Of a stretch of 64,000 bases of DNA, positions 1 through 12,300 are shown piece by piece. This stretch comes from Eledone cirrhosa (lineage: Eukaryota). How positions within the stretch are numbered: position 1 is the stretch's first letter; each line of letters begins with the position of its first letter. Both the position numbers and the translations under genes were made by a program. The DNA is taken from positions 132,990,001 through 133,054,000 of the forward strand of contig OZ024743.1 of NCBI GenBank assembly GCA_964016885.1, written 5' to 3'. The notes beneath the pieces are model-generated. The model searched no databases. It had not been told where the DNA came from and saw nothing but the letters and a program-made list of their open reading frames with translations.

Positions 1-1257
1 TGGTGCTTGGTGCTTGGTGTTTGGTGCTTGCTGCTGGCTGCTTGGTGTTTGGTGCTTGGTGATTGGTGCTTGGTGTTTGGTGCTTGGTGTTTGGTGTTTG
101 GTGCTAGGTGCTTGGTGTTTGGTGCTTGGTGCTTGGTGTTTGTACTTGGTGCTTGGTGCTTGGTTCTTGGTGTTTGGTGCTTGGTGCTTGGTGTTTGGTG
201 CTTGGTGCTTGGTGTTTGGTGCTTGGTGTTTGGTGCTTGGTGTTTAGTGCTTGGTGCTTGGTGCTTGGTGTTTGGTGCTTGGTGTTTGGTGCTTGGTGTT
301 AGGTGTTTGGTGCTTGGTGCTTGGTGTTTGGTGTTTGGTGCTTGGTGTTTGGTGTTTGGTGTTATATGCTTGGTGTTTGATGCTTGGTGCTTGGTGCTTG
401 GTGTTTGGTGCTTCGTGTTTGATGCTTGGTGCTTGGTGCTTGGTGTTTGGTGCTTGGTGCTTGGTGTTTGTACTTGGTGCTTGGTGCTTGGTTCTTGGTG
501 TTTGGTGCTTGGTGCTTGGTGTTTGGTGCTTGGTGTTTGGTGCTTGGTGCTTGGTGCTTGGTGCTTGGTGCTTGGTGCTTGGTGTTTGGTGCTTGGTGTT
601 AGGTGTTTGGTGCTTGGTGCTTGGTGTTTGGTGTTTGGTGCTTGGTGTTTGATGCTTGGTGTTTGGTGTTAGGTGTTTGGTGCTTGGTGTTTGGTGTTTG
701 GTGCTTGGTGTTTGGTGCTTGGTGTTTGGTGCTTGGTGTTTGGTGCTTGGTACTTGGTGCTTGGTGCTTGTTGTTAGGTGTTTGGTGCTTGGTGCTTGGT
801 GTTTGGTGTTTGGTGCTTTGTGCTGGGTGGTTGGTGTTTAGTGCTTGGTGTTTGGTGCTGGGTGCTTGGTGTTTGGTGCTTGGTGCTTGGTCTTTGGTGC
901 TTGGTGTTTGGTGTTTGGTGCTTGGTGCTTGGTGCTTGGTGTTTGGTGCTTGGTGCTTGGTGTTTGGTGCTTGGTGCTTAGTGTTTGGTGCTTGGTGCTT
1001 AGTGTTTGGTGCTAGGTGCTTGGTGTTTGGTGCTTGGTGCTTGGCGTTTGGTGCCTGGTGCTTAGTGTTTGGTGTTTGGTGTTTGGTGCTTGGTGCTTGG
1101 TGTTTGGTGTTTGCTGTTTGCTGTTTGGTGTTTGTTGTTTGGTGTTTGTTGTTTGGTGTTTGCTGTTTGGTGTTTGGTGTTTGCTTTTTGGTGTTTGGTG
1201 TTTGGTGCTTGGTGTTTGGTGCTTGGTGTTTGGTGCTTGGTGCTTGGTGTTTGGTGC
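1..1257 (+). repeat. Block duplicated at ~8598-9854 (offset 8597) and again at ~15157-16413
   Basis: Matching ORF-track entries 108..302 / 8705..8899 / 15264..15458 and 251..652 / 8848..9249 / 15407..15808, with the same order of variant units. Confidence 0.9.
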
Positions 1258-4200
1258 TTGGTGTTTGGTGTTAGGTGTCTGGTGCTTGGTGTTTGATGTT
1301 TGGTGCTTGGTGTTTGGTGCTTGGTGTTTGGTGCTTGGTGTTTGGTGCTTGGTACTTGGTGCTTGGTGCTTCGTGTTAGGTGTTTGGTGCTTGGTGCTTG
1401 GTGTTTGGTTTTTGGTGCTTGGTGCTTGGTGTTTGGTGTTTGGTGCTTGCTGCTGGCTGCTTGGTCTTTGATGCTTGGTGATTGGTGCTTGGTGTTTTGT
1501 GCTTGGTGTTTGGTGTTTGGTGCTAGGTGCTTGGTGTTTGGTGCTTGGTGCTTGGTGCTTGATGTTTGGTGTTTGGTGTTAGGTGCTTGGTGCTTGGTGT
1601 TTGCTGCTTGGTGCTGGGTGGTTGGTGTTAAGTGCTTGGTGTTTGGTGCTGGGTGCTTGGTCTTTGGTGCTTGGTGTTTGGTGTTTGGTGCTTGGTGCTT
1701 GGTGCTTGGTGTTTGGTGCTTGGTGCTTGGTGTTTGGTGCTTGGTGCTTAGTGTTTGGTGCTTGGTGCTTAGTGTTTGGTGCTAGGTGCTTGGTGTTTGG
1801 TGCTTGGTGCTTGGCGTTTGGTGCCTGGTGCTTGGTGTTTGGTGTTTGGTGTTTGGTGCTTGGTGCTTGGTGTTTGGTGTTTGCTGTTTGCTGTTTGGTG
1901 TTTGTTGTTTGGTGTTTGTTGTTTGGTGTTTGCTGTTTGGTGTTTGGTGTTTGCTTTTTGGTGTTTGGTGTTTGGTGCTTGGTGTTTGGTGCTTGGTGTT
2001 TGGTGCTTGGTGCTTGGTGTTTGGTGCTTGGTGTTTGGTGTTAGGTGTCTGGTGCTTGGTGTTTGATGTTTGGTGCTTGGTGTTTGGTGCTTGGTGTTTG
2101 GTGCTTGGTGTTTGGTGCTTGGTACTTGGTGCTTGGTGCTTCGTGTTAGGTGTTTGGTGCTTAGTGCTTGGTGTTTGGTTTTTGGTGCTTGGTGCTTGGT
2201 GTTTGGTGTTTGGTGCTTGCTGCTGGCTGCTTGGTCTTTGATGCTTGGTGATTGGTGCTTGGTGTTTTGTGCTTGGTGTTTGGTGTTTGGTGCTAGGTGC
2301 TTGGTGTTTGGTGCTTGGTGCTTGGTGCTTGATGTTTGGTGTTTGGTGTTAGGTGCTTGGTGCTTGGTGTTTGCTGCTTGGTGCTGGGTGGTTGGTGTTT
2401 AGTGCTTGGTGTTTGGTGCTGGGTGCTTGGTGTTTGGTGCTTGGTGCTTGGTCTTTGGTGCTTGGAGTTTGGTGTTTGGTGCTTGGTGCTTGGTGCTTGG
2501 TGTTTGGTGCTTGGTGCTTGGTGTTTGGTGCTTGGTGCTTAGTGTTTGATGCTTGGTGCTTAGTGTTTGGTGTTTGGTGCTTGGTGCTTGGTGTTTGGTG
2601 CTTACTGTTTGGTGCTTGGTGCTTGGTGTTTGGTGTTTGCTGTTTGCTGTTTGGTGTTTGTTGTTTGGTGTTTGTTGTTTGGTGTTTGCTGTTTGGTGTT
2701 TGGTGTTTGCTTTTTGGTGTTTGGTGTTTGCTGTATGTTGTTTGCTGTTTGGTGTTTGGTGTTTGGTGTTTGGTGTTTGGTGCTTGTTGCTTGGTGTTTG
2801 GTGCTTGGTGCTTGGTGTTTGGTGCTTGGTGCTTGGTGTTTGGTGTTTGGTGCTTGGTGCTTGGTGTTTGGTGTTTGGTGCTTGGTGTTTCGTGTTTCGT
2901 GTTTGGTTTTTGGTGCTTGGTCCTTGGTGTTTGGTGCTGGGTGCATTGTGTTTGGTGCTTGGTGCTTGGTGTTTGGTGTTTGGTGTTTGGTGTTTGGTGC
3001 TTGGTGCTTGGTGTTTGGTGTTTGCTGTTTGCTGTTTGGTGTTTGTTGTTTGGTGTTTGTTGTTTGGTGTTTGCTGTTTGGTGTTTGGTGTTTGCTTTTT
3101 GGTGTTTGGTGTTTGGTGCTTGGTGTTTGGTGCTTGGTGTTTGGTGCTTGGTGCTTGGTGTTTGGTGCTTGGTGTTTGGTGTTAGGTGTCTGGTGCTTGG
3201 TGTTTGATGTTTGGTGCTTGTTGTTTGGTGCTTGGTGTTTGGTGCTTGGTGTTTGGTGCTTGGTACTTGGTGCTTGGTGCTTCGTGTTAGGTGTTTGGTG
3301 CTTGGTGCTTGGTGTTTGGTTTTTGCTGCTTGGTGCTTGGTGTTTGGTGTTTGGTGCTTGCTGCTGGCTGCTTGGTCTTTGATGCTTGGTGATTGGTGCT
3401 TGGTGTTTTGTGCTTGGTGTTTGGTGTTTGGTGCTTGGTGCTTGGTGTTTGGTGCTTGGTGTTTGGTGTTAGGTGTCTGGTGCTTGGTGCTTGGTGTTTG
3501 GTGTTTGGTGCTTGCTGCTGGCTGCTTGGTCTTTGATGCTTGGTGATTGGTGCTTGGTGTTTTGTGCTTGGTGTTTGGTGTTTGATGTTTGGTGCTTGGT
3601 GTTTGGTGCTTGGTGTTTGGTGCTTGGTGTTTGGTGCTTGGTACTTGGTGCTTGGTGCTTCGTGTTAGGTGTTTGGTGCTTGGTGCTTGGTGTTTGGTTT
3701 TTGGTGCTTGGTGCTTGGTGTTTGGTGTTTGGTGCTTGCTGCTGGCTGCTTGGTCTTTGATGCTTGGTGATTGGTGCTTGGTGTTTTGTGCTTGGTGTTT
3801 GGTGTTTGGTGCTAGGTGCTTGGTGTTTGGTGCTTGGTGCTTGGTGCTTGATGCTTGGTGTTTGGTGTTAGGTGCTTGGTGCTTGGTGTTTGCTGCTTGG
3901 TGCTGGGTGGTTGGTGTTTAGTGCTTGGTGTTTGGTGCTGGGTGCTTGGTCTTTGGTGCTTGGTGTTTGGTGTTTGGTGCTTGGTGCTTGGTGCTTGGTG
4001 TTTGGTGCTTGGTGCTTGGTGTTTGGTGCTTGGTGCTTAGTGTTTGGTGCTTGGTGCTTAGTGTTTGGTGCTAGGTGCTTGGTGTTTGGTGCTTGGTGCT
4101 TGGCGTTTGGTGCCTGGTGCTTGGTGTTTGGTGTTTGGTGTTTGGTGCTTGGGGCTTGGTGTTTGGTGTTTGCTGTTTGCTGTTTGGTGTTTGTTGTTTG

Positions 4201-6350
4201 GTGTTTGCTGTTTGGTGTTTGGTGTTTGCTTTTTGGTGTTTGGTGTTTGGTGCTTGGTGTTTGGTGCTTGGTGTTTGGTGCTTGGTGCTTGGTGTTTGGT
4301 GCTTGGTGTTTGGTGTTAGGTGTCTGGTGCTTGGTGTTTGATGTTTGGTGCTTGGTGTTTGGTGCTTGGTGTTTGGTGCTTGGTGTTTGGTGCTTGGTAC
4401 TTGGTGCTTGGTGCTTCGTGTTAGGTGTTTGGTGCTTAGTGCTTGGTGTTTGGTTTTTGGTGCTTGGTGCTTGGTGTTTGGTGTTTGGTGCTTGCTGCTG
4501 GCTGCTTGGTCTTTGATGCTTGGTGATTGGTGCTTGGTGTTTTGTGCTTGGTGTTTGGTGTTTGGTGCTAGGTGCTTGGTGTTTGGTGCTTGGTGCTTGG
4601 TGCTTGATGTTTGGTGTTTGGTGTTAGGTGCTTGGTGCTTGGTGTTTGCTGCTTGGTGCTGGGTGGTTGGTGTTTAGTGCTTGGTGTTTGGTGCTGGGTG
4701 CTTGGTGTTTGGTGCTTGGTGCTTGGTCTTTGGTGCTTGGAGTTTGGTGTTTGGTGCTTGGTGCTTGGTGCTTGGTGTTTGGTGCTTGGTGCTTGGTGTT
4801 TGGTGCTTGGTGCTTAGTGTTTGGTGCTTGGTGCTTAGTGTTTGGTGTTTGGTGCTTGGTGCTTGGTGTTTGGTGCTTACTGTTTGGTGCTTGGTGCTTG
4901 GTGTTTGGTGTTTGCTGTTTGCTGTTTGGTGTTTGTTGTTTGGTGTTTGTTGTTTGGTGTTTGCTGTTTGGTGTTTGGTGTTTGCTTTTTGGTGTTTGGT
5001 GTTTGCTGTATGTTGTTTGCTGTTTGGTGTCTGGTGTTTGGTGTTTGGTGTTTGGTGCTTGTTGCTTGGTGTTTGGTGCTTGGTGCTTGGTGTTTGGTGC
5101 TTGGTGCTTGGTGTTTGGTGTTTGGTGCTTGGTGCTTGGAGTTTGGTGTTTGGTGCTTGGTGTTTCGTGTTTCGTGTTTGGTTTTTGGTGCTTGGTGCTT
5201 GGTGCTTGGTCCTTGGTGTTTGGTGCTGGGTGCATTGTGTTTGGTGCTTGGTGCTTGGTGTTTGGTGTTTGCTGCTTGGTGTTTGATGCTTGGTGCTTGG
5301 TGCTTGGTGTTTTGTGTTTGGTGCTTGGTGCTTGGTGTTTGGTGCTTGGTGCTTGGTGCTTGGTGCTTGGTGTTTGGTGCTTGGTGTTTGGTGCTTGGTA
5401 CTTGGTGCTTGGTGCTTCGTGTTAGGTGTTTGGTGCTTGGTGCTTGGTGTTTGGTTTTTGGTGCTTGGTGCTTGGTGTTTGGTGTTTGGTGCTTGCTGCT
5501 GGCTGCTTGGTCTTTGATGCTTGGTGATTGGTGCTTGGTGTTTTGTGCTTGGTGTTTGGTGTTTGGTGCTAGGTGCTTGGTGTTTGGTGCTTGGTGCTTG
5601 GTGCTTGATGTTTGGTGTTTGGTGTTAGGTGCTTGGTGCTTGGTGTTTGGTGCTTGGTGCTGGGTGGTTGGTGTTTAGTGCTTGGTGTTTGGTGCTGGGT
5701 GCTTGGTGTTTGGTGCTTGGTGCTTGGTCTTTGGTGCTTGGAGTTTGGTGATTGGTGCTTGGTGCTTGGTGCTTGGTGTTTGGTGCTTGGTGCTTGGTGT
5801 TTGGTGCTTGGTGCTTAGTGTTTGGTGCTTGGTGCTTAGTGTTTGGTGCTTGGTGCTTACTGTTTGGTGCTTGGTGCTTGGTGTTTGGTGTTTGCTGTTT
5901 GCTGTTTGGTGTTTGTTGTTTGGTGTTTGTTGTTTGGTGTTTGCTGTTTGGTGTTTGGTGTTTGCTTTTTGGTGTTTGGTGTTTGCTGTATGTTGTTTGC
6001 TGTTTGGTGTTTGGTGTTTGGTGTTTGGTGTTTGGTGCTTGTTGCTTGGTGTTTGGTGCTTGGTGCTTGGTGTTTGGTGCTTGGTGCTTGGTGTTTGGTG
6101 TTTGGTGCTTGGTGCTTGGAGTTTGGTGTTTGGTGCTTGGTGTTTCGTGTTTCGTGTTTGGTTTTTGGTGCTTGGTGCTTGGTGCTTGGTCCTTGGTGTT
6201 TGGTGCTGGGTGCATTGTGTTTGGTGCTTGGTGCTTGGTGTTTGGTGTTTGCTGCTTGGTGTTTGATGCTTGGTGCTTGGTGCTTGGTGTTTTGTGTTTG
6301 GTGCTTGGTGCTTGGTGTTTGGTGCTTGGTGCTTGGTGCTTGGTGTTTGT
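820..6350 (+). repeat. Higher-order repeat domain with ~0.75-1.0 kb units
   Basis: ORF pairs 1016..1471 / 1786..2241 (770 = 110x7), 3589..3921 / 4345..4677 (756), 2070..2402 / 4345..4677 (2275) and 4611..4817 / 5612..5818 (1001). Recurring markers are GCTTCGTGTTAGG and GGTCTTTGATGC. Confidence 0.85.
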
Positions 6351-9300
6351 ACTTGGTGCTTGGTGATTGGTGTTTGGTTCTTGGTTCTTGGTGTTTGGTG
6401 TTTGGCGTTTGGTGTTTGGTGCTTGGTGCTTGGTGTTTGGTGCTTGGTGCTTGGTGTTTGGTGCCTGGTGCTTGGTGCTTGGTGCTTGGTGTTTGGTGTT
6501 TGGTGCTTGGTGCTTGGTGCTTGGAGTTTGGTGTTTGGTGCTTGGTGCTTTGTGTTTTGTGTTTGGTGTTTGGTTTTTGGTGCTTGGTGCTTGGTCCTTG
6601 GTGTTTGGTGCTGGGTGCTTTGTGTTTGGTGCTTGGTGCTTGGTGTTTGGTGTTTGCTGCTTGGTGTTTGATGCTTGGTGCTTGGTGCTTGGTGTTTTGT
6701 GTTTGGTGCTTGGTTCTTGGTGTTTGGTGCTTGGTGCTTGGTACTTGGTGTTTGTACTTGGTGCTTGGTGCTTGGTGTTTGGTTCTTGGTGTTTGGTACT
6801 TGGTGCTTGGTGCTTCATGTTTGGTGTTTGGTGCTTGGTGTCTGGTGCTTGGTGTTTGGTTTTTGGTGCTTGGTGTTTGGTGTTTGGTGCTTGGTGTTTG
6901 GTGTTTGGTGTTTGGTTCTTGGTGCTTGGTGTTTGGTGTTTGGTGTTTGGTGCTTGGTGTCTGGTGCTTGGTGTTTGGTGTTTGGTGCTTGGTGTTTGGT
7001 GTTTGGTGTTTGGTGCTTGGTGCTTGGTGCTTGCTGTTTGGTGTTTGGTGCTTGGTGCTTGGTGTTTGGTGCTTGGTGCTGGGTGCTTGGTGTTTGGTGC
7101 TGGGTGCTTGGTGTTTGGTGCTTGGTGCTTGGTTTTTGGTGCTTGGTGTTTGGTGCTTGGTGCTTGGTGCTTGGTGTTTGGTGCTTGGTGCTTGGTGTTT
7201 GGTGCTTGGTGCTTGGTGTTTGGTTTTTGGTGCTTGGTGCTTGGTGTTTGGTGTTTGGTGCTTGCTGCTGGCTGCTTGGTGTTTGATGCATGGTGATTGG
7301 TGCTTGGTGTTTGGTGCTTGGTGTTTGGTGTTTGATGCTTGGTGCTTGGTGCTTGGTGTTTGGTGCTTCGTGCTTGGTGTTTGGTGCTTGGTGTTTGGTG
7401 CTTGGTGTTTGGTGCTTGGTGTTTGGTGCTTGGTGCTTGGTGCTTGGTGCTTGGTGCTTGGTGCTTGGTGTTTGGTGGTTGGTGCTTGGTGCTTGGTGTT
7501 AGGTGTTTGGTGCTTGGTGCTTGGTGTTTGGTGTTTGGTGCTTGGTGTTTGGTGTTTGGTGCTTGGTGTTTGGTGCTTGGTACTTGGTGCTTGGTACTTG
7601 GTGTTAGGTGTTTGGTGCTTGGTGCTTGGTGTCTGGTTTTTGGTGCTTGGTGCTTGGTGTTTGGTGTTTGGTGCTTGCTGCAGGCTGCTTGGTGTTTGGT
7701 GCTTGGTGATTGGTGCTTGGTGTTTGGTGCTTGGTGTTTGGTGTTTGGTGCTTGGTGATTGGTGTTTGTACTTGGTGCTTGGTGCTTGGTTCTTGGTGTT
7801 TGGTGCTTGGTGCTTGGTGTTTGGTGTTATATGCTTGGTGTTTGATGCTTGGTGCTTGGTGCTTGGTGTTTGGTGTTTGGTGTTTGATGCTTGGTGCTTG
7901 GTGTTTGGTGCTTGGTGCTTGGTGTTTGTACTTGGTGCTTGGTGCTTGGTGCTTGGTGTTTGGTGCTTGGTGTTTGGTGCTTGGTGCTTGGTGATTGGTC
8001 CTTGGTGCTTGGTGTTTGGTGGTTGGTGTTTGGTGCTTGGTGTTTGGTGCTTGGTGTTAGGTGTTTGGTGCTTGGTGTTTGGTGTTTGGTGCTTGGTGTT
8101 TGGTGTTTGGGGCTTGGTGTTTGGTGCTTGGTACTTGGTGCTTGGTGCTTGGTGTTAGGTGTTTGGTGCTTGGTGTTTGGTGCTTGGTGTTTGGTGCTTG
8201 GTGCTTGGTGCTTGGTGCTTTGTGTTTGGTGGTTGGTGTTTGGTGCTTGGTGTTTGGTGCTTGGTGTTAGGTGTTTGGTGCTTGGTGCTTGGTGTTTGGT
8301 GTTTGGTGCTTGGTGTTTGGTGTTTGGTGCTTTTTGCTTGGTGCTTGGTGCTTGGTGTTTGGTGCTGGGTGCTTGGTGCTTGGTGTTAGGTGTTATATGC
8401 TTGGTGTTTGATGCTTGGTGCTTGGTGCTTGGTGTTTGGTGTTTGGTGCTTGGTGTTTGATGCTTGGTGCTTGGTGCTTGGTGTTTGGTGCTTGGTGCTT
8501 CGTGTTTGGTGCTTGGTGCTTGGTGTTTGGTGCTTGGTACTTGGTGCTTGGTGCTTGGTGTTAGGTGTTTGGTGCTTGGTGCTTGGTGTCTGGTTTTTGG
8601 TGCTTGGTGCTTGGTGTTTGGTGCTTGCTGCTGGCTGCTTGGTGTTTGGTGCTTGGTGATTGGTGCTTGGTGTTTGGTGCTTGGTGTTTGGTGTTTGGTG
8701 CTAGGTGCTTGGTGTTTGGTGCTTGGTGCTTGGTGTTTGTACTTGGTGCTTGGTGCTTGGTTCTTGGTGTTTGGTGCTTGGTGCTTGGTGTTTGGTGCTT
8801 GGTGCTTGGTGTTTGGTGCTTGGTGTTTGGTGCTTGGTGTTTAGTGCTTGGTGCTTGGTGCTTGGTGTTTGGTGCTTGGTGTTTGGTGCTTGGTGTTAGG
8901 TGTTTGGTGCTTGGTGCTTGGTATTTGGTGTTTGGTGCTTGGTGTTTGGTGTTTGGTGTTATATGCTTGGTGTTTGATGCTTGGTGCTTGGTGCTTGGTG
9001 TTTGGTGCTTCGTGTTTGATGCTTGGTGCTTGGTGCTTGGTGTTTGGTGCTTGGTGCTTGGTGTTTGTACTTGGTGCTTGGTGCTTGGTTCTTGGTGTTT
9101 GGTGCTTGGTGCTTGGTGTTTGGTGCTTGGTGTTTGGTGCTTGGTGCTTGGTGCTTGGTGCTTGGTGCTTGGTGCTTGGTGTTTGGTGCTTGGTGTTAGG
9201 TGTTTGGTGCTTGGTGCTTGGTGTTTGGTGTTTGCTGCTTGGTGTTTGATGCTTGGTGTTTGGTGTTAGGTGTTTGGTGCTTGGTGTTTGGTGTTTGGTG

Positions 9301-12300
9301 CTTGGTGTTTGGTGCTTGGTGTTTGGTGCTTGGTGTTTGGTGCTTGGTACTTGGTGCTTGGTGCTTGTTGTTAGGTGTTTGGTGCTTGGTGCTTGGTGTT
9401 TGGTGTTTGGTGCTTGGTGCTGGGTGGTTGGTGTTTAGTGCTTGGTGTTTGGTGCTGGGTGCTTGGTGTTTGGTGCTTGGTGCTTGGTCTTTGGTGCTTG
9501 GTGTTTGGTGTTTGGTGCTTGGTGCTTGGTGCTTGGTGTTTGGTGCTTGGTGCTTGGTGTTTGGTGCTTGGTGCTTAGTGTTTGGTGCTTGGTGCTTAGT
9601 GTTTGGTGCTAGGTGCTTGGTGTCTGGTGCTTGGTGCTTGGCGTTTGGTGCCTGGTGCTTGGTGTTTGGTGTTTGGTGTTTGGTGCTTGGTGCTTGGTGT
9701 TTGGTGTTTGCTGTTTGCTGTTTGGTGTTTGTTGTTTGGTGTTTGTTGTTTGGTGTTTGCTGTTTGGTGTTTGGTGTTTGCTTTTTGGTGTTTGGTGTTT
9801 GGTGCTTGGTGTTTGGTGCTTGGTGTTTGGTGCTTGGTGCTTGGTGTTTGGTGCCTGGTGCTTGGTGCTTGGTGCTTGGTGTTTGGTGTTTGGTGCTTGG
9901 TGCTTGGATTTTGGTGTTTGGTGCTTGGTGCTTGGTGTTTCGTGTTTCGTGTTTGGTTTTTGGTGATTGGTGCTTGGTGCTTGGTCCTTGGTGTTTGGTG
10001 CTGGGTGCTTTGTGTTTGGTGCTTGGTGCTTGGTGCTTGGTGTTTGGTGTTTGCTGCTTGGTGTTTGATGCTTGGTGCTTGGTGCTTGGTGTTTTGTGTT
10101 TGGTGCTTGGTGCTTGGTGTTTGGTGCTTGGTGCTTGGTGCTTGGTGTTTGTACTTGGTTCTTGGTGATTGGTGTTTGGTTCTTGGTTCTTGGTGTTTGG
10201 TGTTTGGCGTTTGGTGTTTGGTGCTTGGTGCTTGGTGTTTGGTGCTTGGTGCTTGATGTTTGGTGCCTGGTGCTTGGTGCTTGGTGCTTGGTGTTTGGTG
10301 TTTGGTGCTTGGTGCTTGGTGCTTGGAGTTTGGTGTTTGGTGCTTGGTGCTTGGTGTTTTGTGTTTGGTGTTTGGTTTTTGGTGCTTGGTGCTTGGTGCT
10401 TGGTGTTTGGTGCTGGGTGCTTTGTGTTTGGTGGTTGGTGCTTGGTGTTTGGTGTTTGCTGCTTGGTGTTTGATGCTTGGTGCTTGGTGCTTGGTGTTTT
10501 GTGTTTGGTGCTTGGTTCTTGGTGTTTGGTGCTTGGTGCTTGGTGCTTGGTGTTTGTACTTGGTGCTTGGTACTTGGTGTTTGGTTCTTGGTTCTTGGTG
10601 TTTGGTACTTGGTGCTTGGTGCTTGATGTTTGGTGTTTGGTGCTTGGTGTTTGGTGCTTGGTGCTTGGTGCTTGGTGTTAGGTGTTTGGTGATTGGTACT
10701 TGGTGTTTGGTGCTTGGTGTTTGCTGTTTGCTGTTTGGTGTTTGGTGTTTGGTGTTTGGTGTTTGGTGTTTGCTGTTTGGTGTCTCCTTTTTGGTGTTTA
10801 GTGTTTGCTGTATGGTGTTTGGTGTTTGCTGTTTGGTGTTTGGTCTTTGGTGCTTGGTGTTTGGTGCTTGGTGCTTGGTGTTTGGTGTTTGGTGCTTGAT
10901 GCTTGGTGTTTGGTGTTTGGTGCTTGGTGTTTGGTGTTTGGTGCTTGGTGTCTGGTGCTTGGTGTTTGGTGTTTGGTGCTTGGTGTTTGGTGTTTGGTGC
11001 TTGGTGTTTGGTGTTTGGTGTTTGGTGCTTCGTGCTTGGTGTTTGGTGTTTGGTGTTTGGTGCTTGGTGTCTGGTGCTTGGTGTTTGGTGTTTGGTGCTT
11101 GGTGTTTGGTGTTTGGTGTTTGGTGCTTGGTGCTTGGTGCTTGGTGTTTGGTGTTTGGTGTTTGGTGTTTGGTGCTTGGTGCTTGGTGTTTGGTGCTTGG
11201 TGCTGGGTGGTTGGTGTTTGGTGCTTGGTGTTTGGTGCTGGGTGCTTGGTGTTTGGTGCTGGGTGCTTGGTGTTTGGTGCTTGATGCTTGGTCTTTGGTG
11301 CTTGGTGTTTGGTGCTTGGTGCTTGGTGCTTGGTGTTTGGTGCTTGGTGCTTGGTGTTTGGTGCTTGGTGCTTGGTGTTTGGTGTTTGGTGCTTGCTGCT
11401 GGCTGCTTGGTGTTTGGTGCTTGGTGATTGCTGCTTGGTGTTTGGTGCTTGGTGTTTGATGCTTGGTGCTTGGTGCTTGGTGTTTGGTGTTTGGTGTTTG
11501 ATGCTTGGTGCTTGGTGTTTGGTGCTTGGTGCTTGGTGTTTGTACTTGGTGCTTGGTGCTTGGTGCTTGGTGTTTGGGGCTTGGTGTTTGGTGCTTGGTG
11601 CTTGGTGCTTGGTCCTTGGTGCTTGGTGTTTGGTGGTTGGTGTTTGGTGCTTGGTGTTAGGTGTTTGGTGCTTGGTGCTTGGTGTTTGGTGTTTGGTGCT
11701 TGGTGTTTGGTGTTTGGTGCTTGGTGTTTGGTGCTTGGTACTTGGTGCTTGGTGCTTGGTGTTAGGTGTTTGGTGCTTGGTGTTTGGTGCTTGGTGTTTG
11801 GTGCTTGGTGCTTGGTGCTTGGTGCTTGGTGTTTGGTGGTTGGTGTTTGGTGCTTGGTGTTTGGTGCTTGGTGTTAGGTGTTTGGTGCTTGGTGCTTGGT
11901 GTTTGGTGTTTGGTGCTTGGTGCTTGGTGCTTGGTGCTTGGTGTTTGGTGGTTGGTGTTTGGTGCTTGGTGTTTGGTGCTTGGTGTTAGGTGTTTGGTGT
12001 TTGGTGGTTGGTGTTTGGTGCTTGGTGTTTGGTGCTTGGTGTTAGGTGTTTGGTGCTTGGTGTTAGGTGTTTGGTGCTTGGTGCTTGGTGTTTGGTGCTT
12101 GGTGCTTGGTGTTTGGTGCTTGGTGTTTGGTGCTTGTTGTTTGGTGCTTGGTGCTTGGTGCTTGGTGTTTGGTGCTTGGTGTTTGGTGCTTGGTGTTAGG
12201 TGTTTGGTGCTTGGTGCTTGGTGTTTGGTGTTTGGTGCTTGGTGTTTGGTGTTTGGTGTTATATGCTTGGTGTTTGATGCTTGGTGCTTGGTGCTTGGTG

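Noticed and set aside
822-830. Chi-like GCTGGGTGG motif, recurring
   Set aside because: It is not the E. coli Chi octamer GCTGGTGG. It arises from two adjacent unit variants and has no bacterial context.
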